Below, piece by piece: positions 38,519 through 56,502 of a stretch of DNA of 64,000 bases (position 1 is the stretch's first letter; each line of letters starts with the position of its first letter). Source of the DNA: the human T2T-CHM13v2.0 reference genome, Homo sapiens. The notes beneath the pieces were generated by a model that worked only from the letters and a program-made list of their open reading frames with translations, was not told where the DNA came from and ran no database searches. The stretch lies in NCBI RefSeq assembly GCF_009914755.1, contig NC_060941.1, one strand, 5' to 3'. The translations under genes and the position numbers were made by a program.

Positions 38519-41148
38519 CTACGATTTGGCTTTTTTGGGGGTGGGGAGCAGTTATAATTATACAGTATATGCCATTTTATAACTTAACTTTTTCATATAA
38601 CATGGCTTTATAAACTTTTTCTGAAAACTTCTTAAGCATAATTGTCCAATTAGCTACTAAATAATTGTTAAATGGATGTACAACTATTGACTTCACCAAT
38701 TCCTTACTTTAAAAATGTAGGTGCTTTCCAAGTTTTTGCTCTTTTCAATAACACCACCGGTATCCTCTTTGGGAATAAAGCTATTTCTAGATTTCATACT
38801 ATTTTGTCAATCCCTTCCAGGAGCAGGCTCAACAGAGGAGGAGGCAGAAGCATTGCCAACGCTCTTAGCAGATCTGGGCAACTGTCTCCCCTTCCCCTCA
38901 GGAGTCTCCTCTCAACTGTGTGGGAGCCCACACCACCTTCTTTTTTTTTTTTTTTGAGACGGGGTCTAGCTCTGTCACCCAGGCTGGAGTGCAGTGGCTC
39001 ACTGCAACCTCCATTTCCTGGGTTCAAGCAATTCTCCTGCCTCAGCCTCCCAGGTAGCTGGGATTACAGATGCCCACCACAATAGCCGGGTAATTTTTGT
39101 ATTTTTAGTAGAGATGGGGTTTCGCCATGTTGGCCAGGCTGGTCTCAAACTCCTGACCTCAGGTGATCCACTCATCTCAGTCTCCCAAAGTGCTGGGATT
39201 ACAGGCATGAGCCACTGTGCCCAGTCTCACACCACCTTCTTGGCAGGCGCCATGCTGTGTTTGCCTGGCCCTGCCAGTCTGCAGTTGCGCAAATGGTCCC
39301 AACCGGATGTCAGCAAGAGGACAGTGAGGCTGAGAAAAGCCAATGAGAGCAGGAAGCTCTGCATAGGTGGTGGGTGATCCCTGCCTGCATTCATTAGAGA
39401 TGGTGTTTCCTATGAGAGGCAAGTGACGGGTATGGCTTGCCCTTCTGGAAAGGACCAGGACCCCACCCAATGGTCAGTGGCCCACATGCTGGGGCAGATC
39501 CCCAAACAGCTGACTGTGGACCCTGACTTGAAGACAGAGAAGTCATGGGGACCTCACCTGCTGCCTGGGGGAGACCCCAAGAGGAGATGTGGGCATTGGG
39601 GATGGTTGCTGTTCTCGAAGGTGGTGGAGGGAATGGTGGGAGGGCCATAAGTCCTCAGTCTTATCGAGAAAAGTACGCCAAGGGGCCTCAGTATAGACCC
39701 AGCCCCAAGCTCACATACAGTTCCTCCTGGACCTCGGGCAGGCTCAGGGCCTGTCTGTCACAGCGGAGGTCACAATCCTTCTGTTTCTCTAATTTAGAAA
39801 TATCCTGTTTCCCCAAGTCCACCTCACCCTAACACCCTGTCTTATCACAAGTCCACTGCCCCTCCCCCATAGAGGGAACAGAGCCAGAAGTTCCTCAGGG
39901 GCCCTTTTTCTGTCCTGGCTGGGCCAGAGGCTGGTGTCAACAGCCAAATGATGAATCAGCCCAACGCTAATGTTGAGCCATTGTGTCAACTTCCATGCAT
40001 TGAGTGAGGTTGAGGACAGCACCCCCAATGCAAATCTGACCTGCAAGGACCCAAAGGACCCCGTGATTCCTGGACCCTCCTAGTCCCCTAAGGGCTCTGG
40101 AACCTCTTTCCCAACAGCGAAAGAACCTCAAGTAGGCATTTTCTAAAGCAATCTGAAGACAAAATGTGAAAAACTCAAATACGGATGGAACACTTACTCC
40201 ATGCACACTTGCAGTTCTTGTTTTTTTGGTAACAGAGCAATCATCACCAAAGTTGAATTGGAGGTAGCATCCATTTTTTCATGGGGATACTTTTTCACCA
40301 TCTTGCACGCTGAAGTAGGAAATGCCTCCCCAGGGGCAGGGTTGGCAGTGCCCTCTGGCCTCACTGGCTCTGGGCCTCACAGGATGGGTGGGGACTGATC
40401 CTCAAGTGCTCTTCTCTTCCTCCCATAGGAGACTTGGCACAGAGGCCTCCTTTTCTTTGGTTCTTTCTCAGCCATTTCCTGTCACGGCTACTCTCGGCCC
40501 GGCTAGTCTTGGTATACTGGGTGGCAGGGGATGCGGTGAGGACCAGGGTTTCTGCCTCCCTAAGAAACACCCTGGAAGTCTGAATTCCAGGCAAATAGAA
40601 AGTAGAAGGTGGACTGGGCGCAGTGGCTCACGCCTGTCATCCCAGAACTTTGGGAGACCAAGGCCGGTGGATCACTTGTGGCCAGGAGTTCGAGACCAGC
40701 CTGGCCAACAATGGTGAAACTCCGTCTCTACTAAAAATACAAAAATTAGCTGGGCGTGGTGGTGCATGCCTCCAATCCCAGCTACTTGGAAGGCTGAGGC
40801 ATGAGAATCACTTGGACCCAGGAGGCGATTGTTGCAGTGAACCAAGATCGTGCTATTGCACTCCAGCCTGAGTGACAGAGCAAGACTTAGTCTCAAAAAA
40901 CAAAAAATAGCAACAAAAAAGTAGAAGATGGACCATTGAGTGAGTAGATTCCGTGATGGGGAGGTGGGCCTCTGGCTCAACAGGTAGGGCTGGTGCCCAG
41001 AGCAAGACTCAGCACCCATCCAGAGCCACAGTAATCAGGTGGGATGTGCCTTAAGTCACCTCCCAAGACAGAGGGCAGGCAAAAGCTGGTACTGGAGAGG
41101 AAAACCAGCTCTCCTGTTGGAGGAGTTGCAGGAGGTGAATTCCTCTGG

Positions 41149-41318
41149 CCAGGGTTTCTCCATGGTGGCCCTGTTGAAATTTTGGGCTGGGTGGTGTTTT
41201 GTGGTGGGGAGGGGGCTGTCCTGTGCATTGTCGCATGTTTAGCGGTATCCCTGGCCTCTCTCCACGAGACGCAGTAGCATTCTCTTCTCTGTTCACCACG
41301 CTATGACAACCAAAAGTG
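41149..41318 (+). mobile_element. MER20 fragment
   Basis: ggggctgtcctgtgcattgt ... tgacaaccaaaagtgt. Confidence 0.75.
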
Positions 41319-42153
41319 TAGTACTTAGTGCCACTGAGCTGGATACTTAGAGTTAAAATGGTAAATTTTATGTGATATGTGTTTTACCACAATTTTAAGA
41401 ATAAAATTGTAAAAAGCAAAAAAAAAAGTGGGCTGGGCATTGTAATCCCAGCACTTTGGGAGGCTGAGGCGGGCGGATTGCTTGAGCTCTGGAGTTCAAG
41501 ACCAGCCTGGCCAATGTGACGAAACCCCATCTCTACTAAAATACAAAAATATTTTGCTGGGTGCGGTGGTGCATGCCTGTAGTCCCAGCTGAGTCAGAGG
41601 GGCCTGCCTGGGGAGGTGGAGGTTGCAGTGAGCCAAGATTGCGCCACTGCACTCCAGCCTGGGTGACAGAGAGAGACCCTGTCTCAAAAAAAAAAAAAAA
41701 AGGTGGAAAAAAAGCATAGTGTGGAATTCTACCATACATCTCTAGGCCACAGAGAGTCAATAGGGAAACTGAGACACACAGGATCCCTGCCAGTGCTGTG
41801 TCCATCCCCTAACGTGGGGAGGCAGCTGAGTGGAAGGCGCCTCATGATACAACAATTAAAAAAAAAAAAAAAAAAGCTGTGCTTAGAGCCAAAAGCCAAG
41901 ACTGGAAAGACCAGGCAGCTCCCCCACTGTCTGCAAGCTTTCCCATCAAACTCAAGTCCCCTGGGCCAGCGCCCAGCTCTCTCTCCTCGGCCCTGGGGCT
42001 GCTCCTTGGAGGCAGGCCTGCCCCATGCCCTATTGCTTATCTAGGGGAGGGCTTATTTTGTATTACTCAGGGGGTGAAAGGGGGTTTAAGGGCCAGAACT
42101 GTGCCCTTTAAGCCATTTCCCAAAATAGGCAGCCCTGAAATGCTGCATGCTAG

Positions 42154-42408
<255 letters not shown>

Positions 42409-43035
42409 TAATTTTTTGTATTTTTAGTAGAGATGGGGTTTCACCGTGTTAGCCAGGATGGTCTCGATCTCCTGACCTCATGATCCGCCCGCCTTAGCCT
42501 CCCAAATTGCTGGGATTACAGGCGTGAGCCACTGCGCGCGGCCCTGGGCCCCCTGTTTTATTGGGGGTCACTCAATACCACCTTCCCTCTAATAAGCACA
42601 GTGTTTCTGGGTTTTACCTGCCCACCAATGCTGCAAGATCCCTCCAGGATTTCTGGAGGGTGAGAAAGACCCTACTCCTTCCAACAAGAAGCAGAGCCTT
42701 AGCGTGGCACAATCAGAAAGGAACATGCTGCATCAAGAGTGGTTCTCAAAGCCCGGGCCCCAGCGTGACGGCAGCAGCTGCGTGTGGACACCTGTTAGAA
42801 ATGCACGTTTTCGGCACCGCTCCAGACCTAGTGAATGGGAAATTCACAGGGAGTGGGGTGCTGCCAAACTATTGATGTTTTAATAAAGCCCGAGGACCAC
42901 TGACCTGCCTCCAGCCCATACCTCATCTCACAGAGAAGGTGACCAAGGTCTTGAGAGGCTCTATGACTTGCCCAGGGTCACACAGGCCACAGTAGAATAT
43001 TACTCTTCATGTTTAAAGTAGATAGGATCTACTTA

Positions 43036-43191
<156 letters not shown>

Positions 43192-43893
43192 CTAAACTAA
43201 GAAAGATGGAAAACAGAAAAGAATGCAGTCAATTGGTTTGGCAACAAACAATGGACAGCAATTGGTAACAAACCAATTAAGAGAAAAAAAGAGAGGGAAC
43301 AGGAAGGCTTTGAAGAGCATGGCTTCAGCCAGGCCCCCTGGGTTCAGTCCTTGCTCTGCCACTGGCTGTGGAACAAGGACAAATTAGTTAACCTCTGGGC
43401 CCGTTTCCCCATCTGCAGAGCAAGAATAATAATAGAACCCCCATCAACTGTTAGATGATCTTGGGGATTAAGGTAGGGCTCCAAGTGTCTCACACAGAGG
43501 GAGTGCTCAATACATATTAGCTTTAACTGTGACAGAGGAGGAAGGGACCCGCCCAACCGCAAGATAATTAGAGTATAGGGAGAAAACAATCAACATGGAA
43601 CAAAAGAAATCTGCAGTCTACAGAGGTGGAATAATATCCAGAGGAAAGAGCTGCTGAAGAATTTGGCAATGATGAAGAATCTGGGGATGGTTATGATGAT
43701 GAATAAGAAATGATGATCTGGCCGGGCGTGGTGTCTCACACCTGTTATCCCAGCACTTTGGGAGGCCAAGGCAGGTGGATCACCTGAGGTCTGGAGTTCA
43801 AGATCAGCCTGACCAATATGGTGAAACACCGTCTCTACTAAAAATACAAAAAAAATTACCCGGGCGTGGTGGCAGTAGCTGTGGTCCCAGCTA

Positions 43894-44112
<219 letters not shown>

Positions 44113-44402
44113 CTAAGCGGGTGGGTTACTGCTGGCTGAAGGATCTGGCTCTTTGGAGAATCATCTAACTCCCCCCAGGCAGAGAGGAGGGAATCTCTCT
44201 GATTTTATGTAGGGAGTGAAGGAAAAGAGATTACTTGGAAGATGTTTTCTATTAAGGAAGTCCCAGAGAATTTAGGAGAGAAATTCCTCAAATGGGATGC
44301 CTGCTCTTTAGCAACCAGTAAGAGGAAAAGAAAGAAAAGCTGAGCATTCAGGTGGCGCACGCCTGAATCCCAGCACTTTGGGAGGCCAAGGCGGGCAGAT
44401 CA

Positions 44403-45083
<681 letters not shown>

Positions 45084-45519
45084 CTAGTAGTACCCTGGGC
45101 AAGACACTGAACTCTATAGGGCTCAAGTTCCTCCTGTGTTTTTAAACTGAAATTGATTAAGTGCTCACTCTGTGGCAGGGATAATACAGTGACTGTGGGG
45201 ATAACCAGCACCATCTCCCATGATTCTATCTCATTTAACCCCATTTGCATTTAACAGTTGAAGAAACTGAGTCTCTGAGGGGTAAGACATCTTGGTCACA
45301 GTAACTCAGCTGATTGGGGGCTGCCTCAGAACGGGGACTGGGATGTCTCCCAGGAAAGCCTGTGCTCTACACCGCCTCAAATCCTACAAGAGTGGGTTTC
45401 TACGATGCCTATAGTTTCTGCCTGAGGGGTCAGGTTCCAACAGCCCGGACTGAGTAATCTAGAACCAACCTGGAGACCCCGAGAGAACCCACTTGAACAG
45501 CCAGCTGCCCTAAAGCAGA

Positions 45520-46786
<1,267 letters not shown>

Positions 46787-48814
46787 ATCCACACTAAGGT
46801 GCCCCTCACCACCTATAAAAGGGCCTCCAACCAGTAGCCTCAGATGATCACAGACTTCGCTGGAGGCCTCGAGGCAGAGGTGGTAAGGAGCTGGCCTCCT
46901 GCAGCGAGGATCCCTGCAGCTTCCACCTTCTACCACCCGACTTTCCCAAACCGAAGACAGTACACCTCAGTGATCAAGAGCGTGGAGTCCACTCCGGGGA
47001 GGAACGATTCTCAGGGGCTTGCTTGCTGCGTGATCTTGGGCAAGCGTCTTAACCTCTCTATGCCTTAGTATCCTCAACTGTAAAATGGGATTTGTGGTGA
47101 ATCCCATGGACAAATCCCATTGAAAGACACGATGTACTTAGACCACTTAGCACATACAATAAGTGCTCAAATAGGAGATTTTGCTTAACGAAAGCAACTG
47201 AAAGTGAACTCTTCAGCAGTGTCCAAGAAAGCGAACACTCTCAGGGACCACCAAGAAAGTAGAAGGGGCATTTTTGTACAATTGCACAATGGGAGCAACC
47301 TTGAACCCTACCTCACTTATAACTTTCCCTTACACTAGACAAATAGAGAACGGCTGTTTATTGTCAGATTTGCATTTTGTTAGCTCTGAATATATGGAGA
47401 TTGTGAAATGAGGTATTTGAGCTAAAAATTCCCCAGAGAATTGGTTTTTCAAAAATTATTCAGGGTCAAGTTCCACAAGGGTTGAGTTTCTATTCTTCTT
47501 GTAGATATACCAACTTTTAAAAGTGAATTAAGAAGTGATCGCTATTTCAGATAAAAAGCAGGGTCCTCAGAGAATTGGATGGTTCTTCTAAAACAGTGCT
47601 TTTTGCCTGGCACAGTGGCTCACGCTTGTAATCCCAGCACTTTGGGAGGCCGAAGGGGGTGGATTGCTTGAGCTCAGGAATTCAAGACCAGTCTGGGCAA
47701 CATGGTAAAACCTCATCTCTACCAAAAATACAAAAACTTAGCTGGGCATGGTGGTGTGTGTCTGTGGTTCTAGCTACTTGGGAGGATCGCTTAAGCCTTA
47801 GGGGCCGGGGGGTGTTGCACGGAGTTGCAGTCAGCTGAGATGGCACTGCTGTACTCCAGTCTGGGTGACAGAGTGAGACTCTGTTTCAAACAAAAAAACA
47901 AAACAAAACACAAACAGTGCTTCTCAAATATTGGCAGCATCAGAAACATCTGAAGCTGGCTAAGTTCAGATTCCAGAGACTAGTTTTGTGGGTCTGGGCT
48001 GGGCCCGAGATTGCTGCTGCTGGTTTGCCGACTGTACTCGGAGGAGTCATCCTTTTATATTTATTTATTTATTTTGAATAAATAAATAAAGCACTTACTG
48101 AGTGCTTAATGAGCCACCACGCCTAGCCTGAGTAGCCACCCTTTGCAGAAATGTCCTGGACCATTTTAATGATTCCCTTTCCAAGAACCCACTTAAATAG
48201 AGGTCTGCTGTACAAAGCGAGATACTCACACAGTCACTATTTCCCCCACAATGTTTACGTCTTTCGGATTGCTGACTTACCTTCAGAATTTAAAAGTTGT
48301 CATTGTGTATTTCATTTCACCAGAATTGAATACAGTTATTATACCCCCCCACCGAAAAAAAGGACTTGTTGAGCTCCCCCAGTTCCGGGTCTGCTTAAGC
48401 TCTGTGCTCAGCTCTGGGGGAAGCCCTTTCATGAGTAAGCAGTGGGTCGTCACGGGAAGCGAAGTGGGGCCAGCCGAACCAAAGGAAATAGAGCAGATCC
48501 GCAAACCCACACCCACTCCCAAAGTCAGTCTACTGTCAGAAAAGCTGAAGCTGCTGGGCGCGGTGGCTCACACTTGTAATCCCAGCACTTTGGGAGGCCG
48601 AGGCGCGCGGATTACCTGAGGTTGGGAGTTTGCGACCAGCTTGACCAACAGGGAGAAACCCCGTCTCTACTAAAAATACAAAATTAGCTGGGTGTGGTGG
48701 CACATGCCTGTAATTCCAGCTACTCAGGAGGCTGAGGCAGGAGAATCGCTTGAACCGGGAGGCGGAGGTTGCAGTGAGCCGAGATCGCTCCATTGCACCC
48801 CAGCCTGGGCATCA

Positions 48815-49147
<333 letters not shown>

Positions 49148-49371
49148 TCAGTAAGCATTCAAGAAGCGCTCGTTGACTACATGAATAGTAAATGTGACCC
49201 GAGGTGACTTTTTAAGGGTGGTGGGAGAGAGGAAGCCCACAGCGCTGGTGTAAGAGGTGGCACCCCTTTTTTGGCCTTCTTTGCTTCTTCTTTTCTCTGC
49301 CCACTCCCAAGGCCCCATCAGTGATTCTAGGGGGCATCCCCCAGGCTGGGGCACTGGAGACCCTCACTCAC

Positions 49372-49428
49372 CAGGGACAGCTTTCCGGACTTCACTGTAC
49401 ACTGTCTCTGTGTCCTTCTTTCCTAGAT
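49372..49428 (-). CDS. PECAM1: PECAM1 exon 14, 57 bp, second ITIM/ITSM (TVYSEV): (D)LGKKDTETVYSEVRKAVP(D)
   Basis: TTTTCCAG acceptor, GTGAGT donor; peptide is visible in ORF 49364..49615. Confidence 0.97.
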
Positions 49429-50529
49429 CTGGAAAAAGGACCAGGCATAAGTTAGTAGCTGCCTCTGGGAACGAGGTCAGTCCACTGCAGTCATAGGAAA
49501 AGGTCTGAGGCTCTGCAGGCAAGGCTGTACCCCACCACTGCACCCCACCAGAACCAGGTCCAGAAGCACCCAGAGACCTTGTCATTTCTGATGTTAGAAG
49601 ATCCTGACTGGGCAAGGTGGCTCATACCTGTAATCCCAGCACTTTGGGAGGGTGAGGGGGGCAGATCACTTGAGGTCAGGAGGTTGAGACCATTCTGGCC
49701 AACATGGCGAAACCCCGTCTCTACTAAAAATTCAAAAAATTAGCCGGGCATGGTGGTGCGTGCCTGTGATCCCAGTTACTCGAGAGCTAAGGGACGAGAA
49801 TCGCTTGAACCCAGGATGCAGAGGTTGCAGTGAGCCAAGATTGCGCCACTGCACTCCAGCCTGGGCAACACAGTGACACACCACCTCAAAAAAAAAAAAA
49901 AGAAGAAGAAGAAGAAGGTCTTGGTCTAACGAGCGTCACTCCCAGTCTGGGAATAGGAGGTCAGCAGGCCATTGTGGAGCAGGGCCACATGCACCAGAGG
50001 AACCCTGGACCTGAGGGGCCACGGATGGAGAGGCCCCCAGCAAGGGCCTGCAGCCTCCAGCTTGCTGGCCCCACTCCTCTTCCCCTGCCACCGTGACCCT
50101 TGTCCAGACATTCTGCCAGGTCCCTCAACGCAGGGTTGGGCTATGGCCTCCCAATCACCTGAGAGCCCAGACCCCGGGATCCAGAACAAGATCCTGAGGT
50201 CTGGGTTAGAGCCTGGGGGTTGTCAGTGACCCTAGGAATAGCTGGGACTGAGAACTCTTACAGAGATAGACAGCTGGGCTGGCTGTTTTCACTGCTGGCT
50301 CCTGGGCCTCACTGCAGCTTCTGGTTGGATTGGTCTGGGGGGGTCCCTGGTGCTGGTTTTTTAGGATCTCCTCAGGGGCCCTAATATGCAGACAGGGCTG
50401 AGATCCTCTGGGCTAGACCCTCTCAATATGGCAGCATGATGACTGACCCAGGGTGTGGCGTATACCTGGAGGAGACTCAAGGGCGCCCTTCCTGCCATCT
50501 GTTTACCTTACACTGGGGTATGGGCACAG

Positions 50530-50722
50530 GATGTGTATACAAAAATACACACACAGCATATACACACGCACACTCATGCACACAATGTGTATACATGCTA
50601 TGTATACCCTCATACAGTGTATAGGATGTGTCTACACACATTGTATACACACTGTATGTACAAACATGCAATCTGGGTGTGCACACACTCATGCACACAG
50701 GGTGTGCACACACATACATACC
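50530..50722. repeat. Degenerate alternating purine-pyrimidine (CA/TG/TA) low-complexity tract
   Basis: Seen directly. Confidence 0.85.
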
Positions 50723-53347
50723 CACCAACCCTGAGGAAACAGGATGGAACCTGGCCACTTCCCAGCTCCTGTCACCTGCACAAAGGCCCAGGAAGCCTCA
50801 CTGTAGAAAAGAGCCTGATGTCGTGTGGGCCACTGTTCTCCTTTTACAGATGGGGAAAGGAAGCCCCAGATAGGGTAAGGGGCTTCCTGTGCCATGGTCA
50901 GTGCATTTCCCTCCTTGGAGTGAATGGCTGGGGTGTGACCCTGGACTCTACCTGCACTGAGATGCCCTTGTCTCACCATGCTCCAGGGACACCCCACTCT
51001 CACTTCCTGGCCCCACACACACTCCTCCACAGCCAGCACTGCCCTTTCTCCTTGCCCCATTTCCCCACGACCCTGGTGGAGCTTCACGCATGTACCAACA
51101 CACCCACACTCACTCTCCCTCTGTGCCCTGGGAAGTTACAGGGCCCCCTGAGCTCCACAGCATGTTGGTGACATTTGTCCACAACACACCGATGTGACTT
51201 GTTCCCAAGTCCGTCTCCCTGGCAGACCCCGACCTCCTATGGGGTGACAGCTGGGGTCTTGGACATGTCCCATTCCTAGGCTTGCTCAGCTGCCTGGGGG
51301 CACCTGTCCAAGTTTGAAGTGACAGTAATGGTGGTGGCTCCTGTGTCAGGAACCATTTGTGAGGAGAAAGCCTGGGGGTGGGTCAGATCCCTACAGTTGA
51401 ACTTGGGGCATTTGGGGTGACTAGGGCCTTACACTGACTTCCCCAGGGCACCAAACAGGATTTGGAACTCAGTAGAGTGGCTGAGCTACCAGGGCACCAC
51501 ACTGCTGGGACAGCAGAGATGCCCACACACCCCTCACTCTCTTTCTGTGGCACCAGATGTGGGGGCCTCAAGGGAAGCTGTAGGGATCCCCAACCCTATT
51601 GGGGGATCCTCCACATCCCCAAGACACCCTCTGCTTGATGTCAGGCCTGGCCAAATCACTCACTCAGCAGAATCCTAGACACCTAGTGTGAACCCCGCAC
51701 TGTGGAAGAGGAAAGGTGATCGGGCCTGGTCCCAGCTTTCAGGAGCTCCAGGCTGTGAGGCAGACAGGTGCACAAACAACGCAGACACTGCAACAAATGC
51801 TATCAAACACCATATACCAGGCGCATGGTGGGGTGGTCACGGCCAGCTCACCCTCCGACCCAGGCCCACAGTGGGGGCTGGGGCAGGTGAGGAATAAATG
51901 GAGGGAGAGGGCTTGGTGTTTGGGCCTGGGGGTTTCTGCTTCTTGGTGGAGCTTCTAGAGTTGCAGCTGCCCCCAAATCTGCCCAGTTAAGTGATGGGTG
52001 GGCAGGCAGAGTTGCAGCTCATCACTACCTCTCCTCCCCACCCACTCCACGGCAGCAGCTGCTTGCTAATGAGTAAACCAGGCTGGCAGGCTCTTTGTCT
52101 CTGCTGTCAGGGATGTTTCCGGATGGGGCTTTATTTTGGCTTCTGTTTTTCTCTGTGTTAACAGAGAAGGAGATGGCTTCAACGTCATGGGGTTTTCCCA
52201 GCAATTAGTCTCAGAGCAAACATGCAGCAAACCAGGATTTACTGAGTTCCTTCCTGCCCCTCCTCCACCCCAAGTGACCACTTGGTCGGCTGCCACTAGG
52301 GTCAGAGCTGGATGTGGTTCCCAACCCCTCCTCCATAGGAGGAGGAAGTCTTGAGAGCAGGGAACTGGCTTGGTCAAGACCAGGTCAAATGTACTCACCA
52401 CTGGCCTTGTACCCACAAAGCCCCTTTTCGTACCTGGTAATACCTGGCTCTCCACCCACAGGAAGGCAGAGAGGGAACACCTGAGGCTCAGGCCTGACTT
52501 CCCACACTGCTCCTTAGCTGCCAAGGAGGAGGACGGGTCTAGAAAACTCAAATTGAATTCCCAAAAAGCTCTCCATTGCCCCCAAGTGACCCTCTTTACG
52601 GGTCTACCTGGACCTCTGCAGCCCACACAGCTTTTGTGCAAATGGGGAAAGAGGGACCAGTTAGGTGATGGCATCCCTGCAGCTGCACAGCTTGGCAAGG
52701 AGGGCACATGCTGACCGCCTCTGCTTCACCCAATCCTGGAGGGTCTCGATACCTCCTTATTTTTAAATTTTTTGTAGAAATAAGTTCTTGCTTTGTTGCA
52801 CAGGCTGGTCTTGAATGCCTGGGCTCAAGTGATCCTCTCGCCTCTGCCTCCCAAAGTGCTGGGATTACAATACCTCCTTCTTGTCCCTTCAACCCTTCCC
52901 CACCTTTGAGCAAGAAAAAGAAAACCAGGGCCGGGCGCAGTGGCTCATGCTTGTAATCCCAGCACTTTGGGAGGCTGAGGTGGGCAGATCACTGAAGGTT
53001 AGGTGATCCCTGAAGGTTAGGAGGGCTTTGCTGCAGTGTGTTCCTGGCTGCCTCTCAGGCTGTCCCTCCACAAGGGAGGGTCTGTATGTGCTTGTGCTGC
53101 CTGCGTAGGGCCTTAATCACAATTTGTTATCTCAACGAGTCAATCACTCTACAATGAAATAAAGAGGAAGAGGCCAGGCCTGGTGGTTCACACCTGTAAT
53201 CCCGGCACTTTGGGTGGTCAAGGCGGGTGGATCACCTGAGGTCAGGAGTTGGAGACCAGCCTGGCCAACATGGTGAAACCCTGTCTCTACTAAAAATACA
53301 AAAATTAGCCGGGGATGGTGGTGGGCGCCTGTAACCCCAGCTACTCA

Positions 53348-53488
<141 letters not shown>

Positions 53489-53534
53489 TCAGGCCTGCCG
53501 CGTTCCCCACCCCTCTCAGGTCCAGTCTAGACTT

Positions 53535-53653
53535 GGAAGTGAGTTGTGCAGATTGGGCAGTACACAACCCCCGGGGGCCATTCTGTTGGTAGGCTATGGG
53601 AATGTGCCCCAGTGGTGCAGCACACAGCCCAGCGGCTCTACGGGGCATCCCTG
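53535..53653. mobile_element. MER91-like DNA transposon fossil
   Basis: gttgtgcag....gcagtacacaac...gggggccattc ... gcatccctg resembles the MER91 consensus. Confidence 0.55.
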
Positions 53654-54098
53654 TAAGGAAAGTTCTGTGCATACAGCTGCTGACACTCAGCCCAGGCTCA
53701 AAAAGAGAAGACAAGGAGAAGTCCAAGACTCCTCCCAGATCATGGAGCAAGGGGTGATTTCAGGACCCCATTGCCATGTGGTCTGGCTAGTGGCTGGCAC
53801 GGCCTGGAAAACTGCACCCATTCAGCCTGCACAGTCAGGAAAACTACCCCAGGCCTGCCTGGCTAGGTGGATGCAGCCTGGGGTTAGCCTCAGAGGAAGG
53901 GAGACAGATGGCAATGATCCCAGGGAGCTTCCCAGCTGGGCAGGAAGGTTCTGAGACTGCTTCCTTTGAGCGTGCAGGAGCCACTGTTTCCTTTGAGCGT
54001 GCAGGAGTGTGCAGTGACCCCCGGGGACTGTGTACTGCCCAATCTGGGTTCGCAAAGGAGGAGGACAGTTAGGAGATGCATTTTTAATTTTTTTTTAG

Positions 54099-54425
<327 letters not shown>

Positions 54426-55270
54426 TAGCATTTTCTATGGAGCAGCCCACTCTGCATCCATTTCCCCAGCATAGAACCAGAGACAGGGACTTCCAGGCCA
54501 GCCTGCCCTTGAGAGAACCACATACACAAAAACAAAACCCAAGGTGTAAAATCAGTGCCACTGCTCACACGGACAGGGATCTTGTGCTTTCAAAAGCCTT
54601 TACCTAAGTGTCCCTCTAAATGGCAAAGCACTCGATATCTTGAAACATGCATTTGATTGACACACATTCAGTCTGCACAAGCAACTTTAGGAACACACTG
54701 GGTTTGGCAGGGGGTCTACCTCTGGAAGGGACAAATTGCTCAGTACTTCCTAATTCCCTGGCACTTAGTAAGTGCTCAATAAATCTTACCTATTATTAGT
54801 AGTATCATAACGAATAATTATCAAAAATGGCCAGGTGTGGTGGCTTCGCCTGTAATCCCAGCACTTTGGGAGACAAAAGTGGGCAGATTGCTTGAGCCCG
54901 GGAATTTGAGACCAGCCAGGGCAACATGGCGAAACCCTGTCTCTATTTTTCTTTAATTAATTTTTAAAATTATTGAGGCCGAGTGTGGTGGCTCACACCT
55001 GTAATCCCAGCACTTTGGGAGGCTGAGGGGGGTGGATCTTTTGAAGTCAGAAGTTCGAGTTCACGCTGGCCAACATGGTGAAATCCCATCTCTACTAAAA
55101 ATACAAAAAAAAAATAAATAAATTACCCGGCTGTGGCGGTGCATGCCTGTAATCCCAGCTACTCGGGAGGCTGAGGCAGGAGAATCGCTTTAACCCGGAG
55201 GCAGAGGTTGCAGTGAGCTGAGATCTCGCAACTGCACTCCAGCCTGGGCAGAGAGTGAGACTCCGTCTCA

Positions 55271-55713
<443 letters not shown>

Positions 55714-56005
55714 TGATCCACCCGCCTTGGCCTCCCAAAGTGCTAGGATTACAGGTGTGAGCCACAGTGCCTGGCCTTTTCTTTTTTTCTTTTAAATTAT
55801 TGAAATTTTACAGCTCAGAGACAGGGCCAGGGCCAGGGGCCTTTGCTCCTTCCAGTCTTAGCAGGCCGGTAGGTCTGCTAATCACTTCCTTTGGAGCGAC
55901 TGAGGGTGCACAGACTCTTCTCACTGAACACAGCACCCCCGCCACCACTGGGGTTTAAACCCAAGCCAAAGGCAATGCCTGGGGACTCACTCGAGTGGCA
56001 CTTAC

Positions 56006-56268
<263 letters not shown>

Positions 56269-56280
56269 TAAGCCTCCTGA

Positions 56281-56502
<222 letters not shown>

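Noticed and set aside
50455-51171. Longest ORF (238 aa, His/Thr-rich)
   Set aside because: It arises from a CA/TG low-complexity tract, has no recognisable domain and lies antisense within PECAM1 intron 13.
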